This document shows positions 14,701-26,640 of a stretch of 64,000 bases of DNA, one piece after another. Both the position numbers and the translations under genes were made by a program. The stretch covers positions 8,774,485 through 8,838,484 of the forward strand of contig NC_134027.1 of assembly GCF_964204645.1 (NCBI RefSeq), written 5' to 3'. The notes beneath the pieces were generated by a model. It was given only the letters and a program-made list of their open reading frames with translations, did no database searches and was not told the DNA's origin. Position 1 is the first letter of the stretch; each line of letters starts with the position of its first letter. The DNA comes from Tubulanus polymorphus. Lineage: Eukaryota > Animalia > Nemertea.

Positions 14701-17700
14701 AGGGTTAAATTTAACTCAGAACTGTGGAACCAGATGATTAGGGCTTGGCAAGTCCTAAACCTTTAAGTAATCAGAAAGTTGAACTATCAACAATGAAACT
14801 ACCTCGGGATCACCTAGAATATCTGGAAGTCTGCCCATTATCCGGTCGATGACGTGAATAAATCCGTTTGCAGCTAAGATATCATTCTTAACAATTCTGG
14901 CTCTGTCGCGACCACCTTGTAGTCGCAGCCTGTGGTATTCAATCCCCTGCAAGATGAACTTGATCTGTTGAAAAATTACGATCCAACTAACAAGTGTATA
15001 AAATCAAGCTTCGTTGACGTACCCTGTTTCTTTTCAATTTCAGCTCAGCGGATGTACCCTGAAGTGTATAGAACATGGTCATATTTGCCAACTCATCCAG
15101 CGTGTACTGTCCAATTACTAGATGTTGTTTCAATATTTGACGTATCCTGTCTGTGTGTAAAGGACCTTCGCCAATCTCGGGCTGTATGAAATATGGTATA
15201 AAACAAAACCTTGGTCATTTTCGTTAAGCTGGTATGGAGTAGCATTTAAGCATGGTGTTGACGGTCATAAAGGTCTCTTACAGTTAGGAATAATAGATAA
15301 CAGAGGATCAACAAAACACATCATACAAAACAAAAAGGCATCGGGGACGCAGGATCCACATTGCAGAATTAAAGGTCGTATATGGTCTGTTTCCATAGTC
15401 AAGACTTACAATAATAAGACCAGGACATTTCATTTCCGTCGGACTATGGAATTAGACCAGGACGATTAAATCTTGTCAGGATCTTACCCCTAGCGCCGAA
15501 GAGCTGCTATTGGCCGCAGTCGTACTTTCAGCAGCGGAATCCTATATACGATTAACATAAAACACAAACTATTTACAATACGTCATGCACATAGAATACG
15601 GAAACATACAACGGAACAAACGTGGAGGGCAGACGAACAATTTCACAGATGCAAATTCCTCGCCCTGATTGAAATGTATTTTTCTCAATTTTTGAGGGTA
15701 CACATGAGTTGATACATGATTGCTATCCAGTTGAAATATTTCGAGAAATTTCCAAGCTTATCGTCTAGACTTTTCGCGTATTTACATCTGCAAAATGGAA
15801 TATTTATTGAGACGAGTATTACGTATACTATACTGGGCCTGGTTTCACGAAGGTTAGCTGACAATTCAGAATAAATGCTAGTAGCCACATTCTTGATAAG
15901 CCAACCACATTTCTGAAGCCACCATTTCTATGAAAGCCTTCCCAGAGGAAACATATGGAATGTATGCCATTATATGAGCTAATACATCTTTATAAGAATA
16001 TTGTTGTTTATTTTTGCTGTTCTTACCACGAGAATACCTTTCCTATCTCTTTCCGAATTTCCAGCACGCTATTTATATAGCAATATATTCATGTGATTTT
16101 CCTTTTAAACTTTAATCGTTTTGATGGAAATTCATAACTAATTCATTGAAGTATAATAGGTTCATGCATTTTTCGGTGATCGACTAACATACTTACGAAA
16201 TTGATACCGGAATCAATTGTTACAAAAAGAGTGAATGGACCGTGGTATTGCAAAGCGTCCGGCAATGCTGCCTCGATATACGATATAAACTTAGTCAGCT
16301 TTCCTCTCAATTCTCCATCTTCGCTGTTCACATCTTTCAGTCGCTAACAATAAGAAATTAACCGAATTTAGATCGTATTCATAATTTCCTAAATTGATGT
16401 AAAATTGAATCGACAATTTTGTCATTTGAAAGTGAACGAATGGATCTTTTTTCAAATGAAAATTATCGGCCGCGCTCACCAACAGAATGTTTCCATAACA
16501 CCGTTTGCCATTACCAATGAAACCTTTGTTGCAAGTACACCTGAATGAACAAACATAATCTATAGAGAAGTATCTTTAATCAAATAATCATAAGTTACAT
16601 ACACAATGCATTTGTTACTTACTGAACCTGGCCCGGAGAAACAGTGGTACACGATGCGTTCGGGTGACAAATAGTTGAATTCGATGCGCACAGGTCAATC
16701 AATGAACAAGTGGTGTTGTTAAAGATGTTATAGCCTTTGTAACATTCACAATGACTCTGAATGAGAAATGGAAATAATTTGAACAGCAGGCCTGACTTCA
16801 TTCGTAATTTGGAAAGCACGCCTGACTTCATTCGTAATTTGGAAAGCATTTTTCTAAATCGGTTTGGTCTATTCTAATGTGTCTGTAGACAATGGAATTT
16901 GGTGAAGAGTTGACTGCCATCTGGTGAAATTCTCTCTTAGAAGCACGGTTTTTGAGTCCGTAGATCTATTCATCTAGCCGAATAGATCTGCATAGCTATA
17001 TTATTACGGTTCTGGGTCCATATACATACAGGATCCAGTTCCACAATTCTGAGTTAGAGTTGACTCTGTGTTAAAACTAGTTATATTTCGATATTTTAAC
17101 TTTGAATCAAATCTTAACTCAGAATTAGTAGATAGATACCTTTCCCGGACCGTCGTAGACACATTTAGACGTAGTGATATCACAACCTCCATTGTACCGT
17201 TGACAAGGATCAATTTCTTGACAGAAAACGCCATCACCTCTATAACCATCCTTACAGCTACAAGCACTGGAACCAGGATTGACATATACGCATGTTGCAT
17301 TCGGATGACAAGGCGATGAGATGCATGGATCAATTGCTGAAAGCATATGTAAACACACAAGCATGGGTTGATTTAGGGTTGATCAGCGACGAAAACAAAA
17401 AAGCGTATTGCGTTATATACGGATATTAACCCTCTGTCATTCAATCCCTAGTCCAAACTTTATCACATCCAGTTAAATTACGAATTTGTATGAAGTTGGC
17501 CCCATAATCACGTAAATGTTAAGTGTGTCGTTTCTCTACTTGAATGGGAAATCGGTTGGCACCAATTCTTAATAACACGCGATGACAAAATAGCATCAAC
17601 AGGATCCATCATCATCGTTTACTAGCTATGATTTTGACATATCCTGGTATGTCGACATAGACGACGAGTGAGAGGTGCTTTTCAGGATATTGTCTGACTG

Positions 17701-20286
17701 TTTTTCGTTCGCTTACATAACATGGAAACACTTACAAACGCCAGTGCATTAAGAGGATAAAAGTTCACAGTAATTGAGATGGTCAAGTACCATCGTTCAT
17801 CAACAGCATGTGCGCAGATTTAAAAATGAAAGGAAACGAAAGGAAACTATAAAACATAATTGTTGTGAGGATAAAAGGAAATCGTGGCCCGCTTGGCCGA
17901 CTTATTGATTTCGTTCATTCTAGGAAAAAGGAACTACAAAAACGCAAAGCATTGTAAACAGTCCTTTAATGTTTTGGTCATAAATACATATTATCCGTAT
18001 CGACTGTAGACGTAGATATAAACCATCTTATTTCTCCATACCGCACACGACAGTTCTTCTTTACAAACAGAGACGTTATCAGCGCGCCGATGTATACAAA
18101 TCATGAACACTATATCAAAGATCTCTTCAAGCTAAATGCTTTTGAGAAAAAATTAAGCCTCCGTAAAAATACAACAATAAGATTGAGACTATTTCATTGT
18201 GCTTCAAGTCACCTGTACAGTTATTGAGACCATCTCCTTCGTAATTGAACAGACAAGAACAAACCGGTCCGTCTTGACCATTTGTACATCTTCCATATCG
18301 GTGACATACCAGTGTTTCACAAGTTGTTATCACTAAAATAAACAATTCCTAGTAATGTATCTATTCCTTTTCCCGACAAGTCATTGTTGTCTAACGAAAG
18401 GCACCATCAACGGGGTAACCTACAAACCCTTACATTGGTCACAATATCGCCCGGAGTAACCCGAATCACAGTAACAGGTCCCATCACCGTTGATTCCACT
18501 GTTGCATGTGCCAGCATGGCACCGGCATTCTACAACAAACAAAATTCCCTACTGCAGCGTCAAATGTTTCTGAATTCAAGCGTAAGATTTTTACGATCGG
18601 TTTTCTGCGCCAGCAGGAAAATACTAGCTCGCGAAAACCTCAATGGTTACCATGGTAGTCTCCAGGACCCAGGAGTTAGAGTAAAGTCTGAGTTAGAGTT
18701 CATTTTCATTGAGCAAACTCGAGAGTTAAATCTTAAATCGGAACTGTGGAACTTTACCCAGATTATATTTAACCAACTTTCGAGAAACTGGCCCCTGGCT
18801 TAAAACTCTGAAACCAAACCTTACCTTTAAGTTCTACACTAAGCCTACATTAAAAACATTGAAATGAAATTAACTTTGACTCTTATAACACCTGTGAAAC
18901 TGGGCCCAGCTTTACTTCGATCCGAGGTTAAGTCAACTATTGATAAAAAGATGTTTCGACAAACTTAAAAATGAAGCCGTGTAGATACGGACTTTGTATT
19001 TTCATATTTTTGAAAGACTTCCCGATTTTGGATAAGAGACAGAATGTTGCGTTGATCGAGGTTGAAAAATCTCTGGAATTTTTATCTCGAGGTTGTCTAT
19101 TCATATCACGTCAGCGGAAGACATTTTGTACGTTTAATTACCTCCCTGGCACTGCGGCCCATATTGATAGTGTTTCGCACACTTCTCACAAGCAGTTCCG
19201 GCGAATGAAGACTGAAAATATCGATAAGCAAAAATACGAATATTTGGCCATAAAAAGCGATTGCGCTATCGGCGTTTTGTGAAAAAAGATAATTCAAACA
19301 TTTAACAACTTTGAAGTATATATAATATCGGTATATCATGGACGTATAAACTAGAGTTTATAGTTTATACGTCCATGGGTAGATCAAACGAAATTATCAC
19401 CAGAGGGCCAGTGGACGGTATGAAAAAGAATTATAGCCTGTTCTTTGCGAATATAGGGAAACTGAAGATCAAACTGACCTGACAAGTACATGAACCATTG
19501 CCATAGATGCCTTGATTACAAATTCCCCGACCGTGACACTGATTCAACGCACCTCCAGGGCATTCTAGAATATGTACGAAACACAAAATACACGATTTTG
19601 AAGAAAATAAACTCTCCAATGGTTGTCTACAATATTCTTATGAAATACGACAATCAATAATCTATACATTCATTGAGGCAAATTTACCAATACAAAAAAT
19701 TACTCGGTATTCCATTTTAAAAAATAAGGCTCTAGATTTTGGGGAGCATTAAGGTTTGTCTACAGGTATATAATAATACCTCAGAGCCCCAGTGTAGATG
19801 AAATATACATGTGGAAAAATAACACCAAGTAAACCTAAATTCCAAGTAAAACGCTTCTAAATTGTTAAACCTTTTCGTAGAATCTTTCACCGAAAATACT
19901 CTATGTATTTTTGCTTTATCGCTGATATGATGAATACCTTGACAATGAAGTCCCCAATATCCTTGGCAACATTCTCTTAATGTGCTGTCCCTCCTACATT
20001 TATGTCTACATCCGGGCATCATTATTCGGTTATTGCCAAGTTTGAGTTGGTAACGACAGCCCGCTAATCCTGTGCCGAACGAAACTCTCACCGAGCCAGC
20101 CGGGCACTGCACGCGCCTATTCGTCGAACAAGATACGCACGATGTGAAAGTTTCTTTCGTGACGTTTTTCGTGCAAAATCGCTTCGAGGCCGATGAATTA
20201 TGACCGCTACCGACGACGGACCCAGTGGCTAATGTAAAAACGAAAAACCATCCAAAATATACTACTATTCCATGATAGTGATTCAT
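11737..20286 (-). CDS. STAB: Stabilin-like scavenger receptor (signal peptide, Cys-rich N-terminus, EGF/laminin-EGF repeats, two FAS1 domains, further EGF repeats); 5' part only
   Basis: GT-AG exons in consistent phase: 20286-19938, 19564-19479, 19211-19142, 18529-18434, 18332-18213, 17336-17140, 16756-16623, 16540-16480, 16343-16197, 15541-15488, 15181-15023, 14946-14803, 14485-14423, 14335-14219, 14141-14007, 13892-13740, 13464-13405, 13234-13139, 12167-12081, 11848-11737 (~813 codons). Motifs: [27 protein letters not shown]; FAS1 [50 protein letters not shown]. The last exon found ends at a GTAAGT donor with no stop. Confidence 0.9.
12947..13115. mobile_element. hAT-like MITE (CAGNGGCGGATCC family), intronic
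   Basis: CAGCGGCAGATCCAGGGG ... CTGGATCCGCTCCAG; related termini at 54061-54344 and 56976-57205. Confidence 0.5.
14517..14735. mobile_element. Two adjacent ~110-bp MITEs (PIF/Harbinger-like, CAG target duplication) in a stabilin intron
   Basis: TIRs GGTCCAGTTCCACAGTT / AACTGTGGAACTGGGCC flanked by CAG on both sides. A second, inverted copy starts at 14629. Confidence 0.8.
16790..16848. repeat. 30-bp tandem duplication
   Basis: GCCTGACTTCATTCGTAATTTGGAAAGCA occurs twice. Confidence 0.9.
17031..17125. mobile_element. Partial copy of the GGNCCAGTTCCACA MITE family
   Basis: GATCCAGTTCCACAATTCTGAGTTAGAGTTGACTC...AATCTTAACTCAGAA. Confidence 0.65.
18665..18910. mobile_element. Degenerate tandem copies of the same MITE family
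   Basis: GAGTTAGAGTAAAGTCTGAGTTAGAGTTCATTTTCATTGAG...GGAACTGTGGAACT, and a later TGTGAAACTGGGCCCAG end. Confidence 0.6.
19337..19377. repeat. Short perfect hairpin (mini-MITE-like)
   Basis: CATGGACGTATAAACTA-loop-TAGTTTATACGTCCATG, 17-bp arms. Confidence 0.8.
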
Positions 20287-21264
20287 ATTGAAAGTTTAAT
20301 TCCTTTTCGACGCACGAAAACTAACTTTCATAGTTCTCATTAGATGGTGTTGAATACCCCGGTTTTCCAAACCATAACAAGTGAAGATTGCTTGCAGATT
20401 GCGTCCCTCTCTAATTCACCAGCAAAACAGTGTGAAAGTAGTCTGGAACGTTATCACGCGGAAGGAAAAATAACTACAGATGTAGGACAATCAGTCATGC
20501 CTATTTCGGCCCAAATACTTTTTTCATTGATTAAAGCTATTCACTCAACTATCAGATTCATTAGACACGTGATAATACGCCTACTTATTTCAATTTCCGG
20601 CATGCTCGTATCCAGATTAAATCATCATCTTAAAATAAACACAGCATCACAATTTACTGACTGGTCTCATGAACTGCTGAATCAAGTGGGTTTTGATCGA
20701 TGTTACAAGAAGTTACATCAAAACAATCAGAACGTCTTTCATATCGGAATTCCCCAGTCAGTCATCTCGTTCAAGGCCCGGGGTTCAAGGTATCAAGTCA
20801 ATTAATCCAAAAATTAAGTTTTAAAAAGAGATTCGATGAAGTGAACCTCGGGCCATGAACAGGAAACCAGTGTTCAATTGTGATAAGGGCATAACTGTCT
20901 ACGGAAAATGCCACTTTGATGTTTAGTGCGGATAAAACGATCGTATTACGCGCCGGCGCTATCAAGAAGTGGATCAGGAGGGTCAGTAATCTTGGTTTGG
21001 GCCGCGTTAAATGCAGCATCGCGGATCAGTGGAGATTATTTTCATTTCAGAAGTAGAATACCGGTATCCGATTGGACCTGTTCTCGCCGAGGATGTTTAT
21101 TTAAATATTCAAATGTTCTACGGAGATCAGTTTCAAAAACCAATCTTTGTATATTTGAGACTCAGTAGTCAATTTACTAATTTGAATTGAATTGTACGTA
21201 GACTGGTATTTCTTCCGATAACATCATACATTTTATGCTGCTTCCGGGGATGATGTTGACAGAT

Positions 21265-23762
21265 ATGGCTTCCGACGATCGGGAGAGTTGTTCGATGCGC
21301 CGTTCGATGTCCATGACATTTACTGAAAACAGCGCTCTTCAATGCATAACAGATGAATTTCTTCAGTCTGATGTAAGAATTTAAAGTATTTCCGATACAA
21401 ATCCGTTTCAATTTTATTAGATTAATCTTATTTTCTATGTGAAATCGTGCCGCGTCATTAACTATTGCGTCGATTTCGCTGGAGGAAAAGTAGTCTGTAC
21501 AAATTTCGTTCGTTCATATTAAATGCAATTATTCCACGGATTGCGGCAATGTGCCCTCATAGTTATAGAAGCGACTATAAGTGTTATTTACTCAGGGTGA
21601 TTGAAAAAATATTAATTAAGGGCAGTCTGATGATTATTATTAGGCTCTTCTGCACTGGCCTCTACTTTTAATTCAATCTTGTGTTCATAACATGATTGAC
21701 TTTTACTTTCTATCTACTCTTCTAGTACAAACAGTGTTTCATCTGTCGTGGATTCTATGGCCCGAACTTCAGTGAACCAGTATGTGCGACTTGTCATGCA
21801 TTTCTCTTCCCACAAGATATCAACAATACAGAGACACCTCAACAATTCCAAGAGGTGAGCAGAGTTCTTTCATGTCACTTATTTTAGTCTTTTCAGTTTC
21901 TTCAATAACAACATCAAATTTGTCCTCACTCGAAATTGTGGCTCGGAAAATGATACGCTTAGATTTGTTTCAGAAATCAGATTCTTGCGACTCGGGAAAT
22001 GAGGAGCCGGAAAAGGTAGGCGATTTTTATATCGACAAGACGGTCAGCCAGGCTAAAATTATGGTTGTATATCCACCAAAGACTGATAAATTAGCTGAAC
22101 GTCTGGCCATGTTAACAGTACCAAGAGAATATAGTAAAGAGAAAGCTGCAGATGGACTTTTCGATTCTCTACCACCTGAAGGTATGGAAGAATTGAAATG
22201 AATTTTGTTGAGAACACCCAAGAAGTCTACTCGGAGTGTAAAAGAAATTAGTATGTTCGAAAGTTTTCACGCCCTTATATGAAATATTATCAGATATAGT
22301 AGAACCGTAAATTTCAACAAGCAGATATTTGATAAGTCTTATACAATGGTTTTATTGTTACACCAGGCTAATTTGAATGAACATCTCTTGAATATTAAGC
22401 AGAGAAGCTATAGAATGGTTCCAGAATAGTCTTGGAAGAGTGAACTTTCATTTTCATTGCCCTGAAAATTCTCACCGAAAAGTTGAAAACACTGAAAATT
22501 TGTGTTTTTTCGTTCATTGTACAGTTCTATTGGTCGTGTTTAAACATTTGGATGATATATCGTTATGGACGGCGAGAAATGTTTGTCCTCGATGGCGTCT
22601 GATACTCGATGCTGAAACGACCGAGGATCAATGGGAACAGTTCATCAACTTGAGATGGCCGTTATTTTATCCCCATTATAAAGTGAAGAGTTGGCGTAAA
22701 GTTTATGAAAAGTTGTAAGTCAGTGGTGTTCAGCATGCTAAGAGATGATAATATAGTCCCACAATTCAAATTGTATACGATAGAACTTTAAAAAAAAAAA
22801 TCACTATGTTTTAGCCGTTGACTAACAGCCATCATCAGGTGAAATGATGAAGCGTGTTAGTCAACAGCCAAAACGTGGTTTCATTTTGATGAATTCTATC
22901 ATAGAGAATTCGAATTGTGGGACTCCTTCATAACTATTGTCTACATGGATAAGAGTGTTCAATTCAACCATTGCTTCATCAATTTTTGTAAATTATATTA
23001 TTTTTCAGATTAATGAGTGCACCCTGTCGTTCATGTTTAGAAAATATGATGCTTCAGGTATGTATGTCTACCGGTAACTGTTGAAAACGTAGTTTCGATT
23101 GAAATGTAGAAATCTGAAATGTTTATCGGAATGAAACGGCTGTTCTCTTTTTTACGTGTTAGATGCCAGCGCCAATTGAGGAAAATTCCTGGAGACATCG
23201 ACGACTGCGTAGTGAACTGAAATCGTTGAAAACCGATCCACCAGAGGGTATCCAAGCCACTCCGCTCGATCGACAGTGCTGTCACTGGCAAGCGAGTATC
23301 ACCGGGCCACAGGGAAGCCCGTATGAAGGCGGAATGTTTTACTTGTATCTACAAATTCCTCACAGGTAAGAAATCGTACGAAACATCCGTGTACCTTGTT
23401 GACCTACAGTAAGGATCGAAAATCTAACCATCGTCTCTGTTTTCAGCTATCCTATGATGCCACCTTTGGTACGTTTCATTACGAAAATCTTCCACCCGAA
23501 CATCAGTCGACACGGCGACGTCGGACTAGACTCGATCCATCACAATTGGAGTTTAGCCTTGACGATCAGTAAAGTTCTCATCAGCATACAGTCATTACTC
23601 ACCGACCCGTATTGTTACGTGTGCATGGAGCCGGACATCGGTAAACTGTATCGCATGAATCACAAAACGTTCGATAAAATCGCGTGTTTGTGGACTTGGA
23701 AATATGCCATGCATGACTACATCATACCCGTCGATGTTCCGATATCGACACTTCATCTATAG
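21265..23762 (+). CDS. morgue: Morgue: N-terminal Cys4 zinc finger + F-box + E2 ubiquitin-conjugating variant with catalytic Cys replaced by Gly (~400 aa)
   Basis: Exons 21265-21372 (in-frame ATG also at 21250), 21726-21854, 21974-22181, 22525-22714, 23009-23057, 23163-23365, 23447-23762, all GT-AG and in phase. Zinc finger CFICRGFYGPNFSEPVCATCH. F-box FDSLPPEVLLVVFKHLDDISLWTARNVCPRWRLIL. UBC fold GPQGSPYEGG...FITKIFHPNISRHGDVGLDSI, with G where active E2s have C. Confidence 0.92.
22755..22924. mobile_element. Foldback (palindromic) element in morgue intron 4
   Basis: Outer arms AGTCCCACAATTCAAATT / AATTCGAATTGTGGGACT; inner arms GTTTTAGCCGTTGACTAAC / GTTAGTCAACAGCCAAAAC. Confidence 0.75.
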
Positions 23763-24871
23763 ACAGTCTTTACGGTACTCTTTGGGACATTTTTCAGGCA
23801 GCAGCGGTGTTCCTAAGCCTGTATCTTATCACGATAAATGACGATTTATTCAAAGAATCAAGTTACCGCTTCAAGTATATCCCCCTGGTTCAGATTATCG
23901 AACCAAGCGCAGGATTTGAAAATAGTTCTCTGCTATTTGCCTGCAGATTTGACGTACCAGTTGAATCGCAGAAGTGTTAGTTTTCAATGACAGCAGTAGA
24001 AAACTTAATTGTGAATCTGATCTCCGAATATTTCGATTTTACATGTACATGTTCTCAAACTGTTAAGTGTTGGATCGTAAACTTTGCCATCGTTTTGAGA
24101 AAAACGAAACTCTGCTTTGAAAAATGTCACAAGTTATTTTTATTGATCTCATGGTGCTATATTTCTGCTGTAATAACGTATGTTATTGACAGAATAAACT
24201 CAATTCTTTTCATGTGTTGTAATGATTGTTATCTTCAAATTTTTCCTGGCAAGATTTTGGATGAAGATTTGTCTTATACTTCATATACCTTCACTGGGGA
24301 TTTTATTTCTTTTAATGGTTAGGCTAAAGATTTATACCTTGTTTTAATTTAGCCTTATTTTGGATGTACCAGTAATGCAAAGTATTCCTCTATCGTAATA
24401 TATTACTGGTCAATATACATATTCTTTGAAATGCAGACAAAAAAGATCATTGATATCACTCGTCATTTGTAAGAATTTATTGGTATATCCTTATTTACAG
24501 TCTATTTACATTTGAGACTAGAAATTCATATCGTTCCGTTTTCAATCCTGGCACATGATGTCCGATACAACTTTTTCAAATGTCCTAAAATACAGAGCAA
24601 AGTTTGAATAATTATATAAGCTATATCATTCCACTGAAGTTCGATGTAGGGTCGCCATGATGCTGTATACTTAAACTTACTTCGAGGTTATATTTTCTCC
24701 GGGCGTGTAGAACGGGTTGCAAAACATATCGACATAAGCATTGTGCAATTTCCTAAATTTCTGAAATTGCCACATAAAAAGAAGAAATCAATACAATGCC
24801 AAGCTCATCTCTTTGTGAATCAATTAACCCTGGTAGGTCCAAATTACAAGATCCATCAAGGTGGAAAAGCC

Positions 24872-24982
24872 GGACCTAGTTCCACAGTTGTGAGTTAAGA
24901 TTTGACTCTTTAATTAACCCATTGAAATTAAACTGATTTTAACCCGAAAGTTAAGCCCAACTTGCAACTGTGGAACCGGGTC
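24872..24982. mobile_element. Copy of the GGNCCAGTTCCACAGTT MITE family
   Basis: GGACCTAGTTCCACAGTTGTGAGTTAAGA...CAACTGTGGAACCGGGTC. Confidence 0.75.
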
Positions 24983-26258
24983 AACAACTTTCTCAAACGA
25001 CTTACACTTCTGATTTCATTGTCTCGTAGTGCTGTATTAGATGTCTCAACAACTATAACAAACTTTATTTTTGAATTCGTTACGTAGCCATATCTGAGTT
25101 CGCAGCGTTAAGTTTGAATAGTAAGTGGTAAAAGAGAATCTAATGCATTTGACCGCAGAGCCAACTACAGGTGGTGAAAAAAAACTCAATGGCTTTGGAT
25201 TGAGACAACTTTCATTTTGGGTAAGATTGCCAGGATTCTGTACATTGTCTGATATTAAGAAGACTGAATCAGGTTTAAATCTTGAGTCAAAATCATGATC
25301 AGATATATTTACAAACCGCAGTTGGTAATAAATTAGCCCATCCGATTATAAAAGCTAAACTAGAGCCAATTATGAATTTTGCTAAATACTCAAACTATTT
25401 TCCAGCATTGTTCTTATTGGCATTACAGTAATTCAGAGAAAGGATACACTTTATAGTCTTCCGTCGGATAGAGCAAGCCAAGATAAAGCTCGCGCAAGTC
25501 ATTTGCATTTTTCCCAACGGCAGATATTTTCTCCTCGACGACGTCCAATGATGTATGCACGGTGTAGTAGAACTTCAATTCATTATCAGTCGGAATGGTT
25601 TTGATGAATAATGGATAATTCTGAAATGATGAAAGCGAAACGTCAAAAAAACATCATCATGGTGGTAAAAGTGCAGATCCGCACCTCTCGTGATTGACGC
25701 AATCTACTGAATTACAAATCACTGGTCTAACTTCAGAATATCTCACAGAATCCAATGCAGTGATTTATTTTATGATATCTCTTCTCGAAAGCAGATTTTT
25801 GGCCCGGTTTTTATCTCAGAATCGTGACGATCTTTCAATAGGACGCCATATTGGATTAGGAAATCTAAAGTGAAGATTTGTCTTAAGTTATTACTGAAAT
25901 GATGTGAGGGTAATCAGCACATAAAACTCATCAAATTTTTGTCAACGGTCACTGGGGTTATTAATGCTAACCAAATTCAAGATATCATTGTTGAAATAGA
26001 CAAGAAATTTTTATTTTTCTTCCTCAAAATGAGTGGGCCATGAAACATTGTTTCAGCAAATATTCTAAACAAATCTTCACGAAAGATTGACCCATCCAAT
26101 AGGCCTGGCTATGGCGTCCGGTTCAAAAATTGTGACGATCTCAAGACGAAATCAAGGCTAAAATGTACTTTCTAGTGTAGATACCATAAGATAAACCAAT
26201 GTCCTGAATTGCTGATGATATTTTGGGTCTGAATCATCAGTGATTTAATTTAATTTAA

Positions 26259-26640
26259 CGAAGTGGCTACTCGTACGGACCCGTTCGAATAATTCCGTAG
26301 GCTATTCGTACGCACCCGTCGGATAACTCTGGAATTATGTGTACGGGAAGGAATAGGGTTAGGGTAAGGTGAGGCTATATGTAGTTAAAACATTCGACCG
26401 ACTGTCAGCGAGCTCGGTGGTCTAGTGGTACGATGCTGTGCTAGTAATTTACTGGCCCGGGTTCGAGTCTCGCTCTATCCGCTATTTTTCTCTAACTCTA
26501 TTCTTCACACTTTCCTTGAATTTTCTAAGTCGTGCACCTCTTAATCGGCCAATCAGCGAAAGTTATTAGCGTACAGATCCTAGTCCCGTACGAATAGTCT
26601 CCAGGGTAATCCGTACGGGTCCGTACGAGTAGCCACAGCG
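26259..26640. mobile_element. TTAA-flanked TIR element nested in the Mutator-like MITE
   Basis: TTAA|CGAAGTGGCTACTCGTACGGACCCGT ... ACGGGTCCGTACGAGTAGCCACAGCG|TTAA, with internal GGGTTAGGGTAAGG. Confidence 0.8.
26407..26489 (+). ncRNA. tRNA-like / tRNA-derived Pol III unit (pseudo-tRNA or SINE head)
   Basis: A-box TGGTCTAGTGG (26418-26428), B-box GGTTCGAGTCT (26460-26470), AGCG/CGCT terminal pairing and a T5 run immediately after. The anticodon and acceptor stems are imperfect, so it is not called a functional tRNA. Confidence 0.55.

Noticed and set aside
15685-15787. Possible extra stabilin exon after a TTTTGCAG acceptor
   Set aside because: It gives ATG TAA in the required phase and has no FAS1 similarity.
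23454-23762. Stand-alone active E2 enzyme (UBE2D/E-like)
   Set aside because: It lacks the catalytic Cys and splices in frame to the upstream F-box exons, so it is part of morgue.
26407-26484. Functional tRNA gene
   Set aside because: The acceptor and anticodon stems do not pair properly; it is kept only as a tRNA-like unit.
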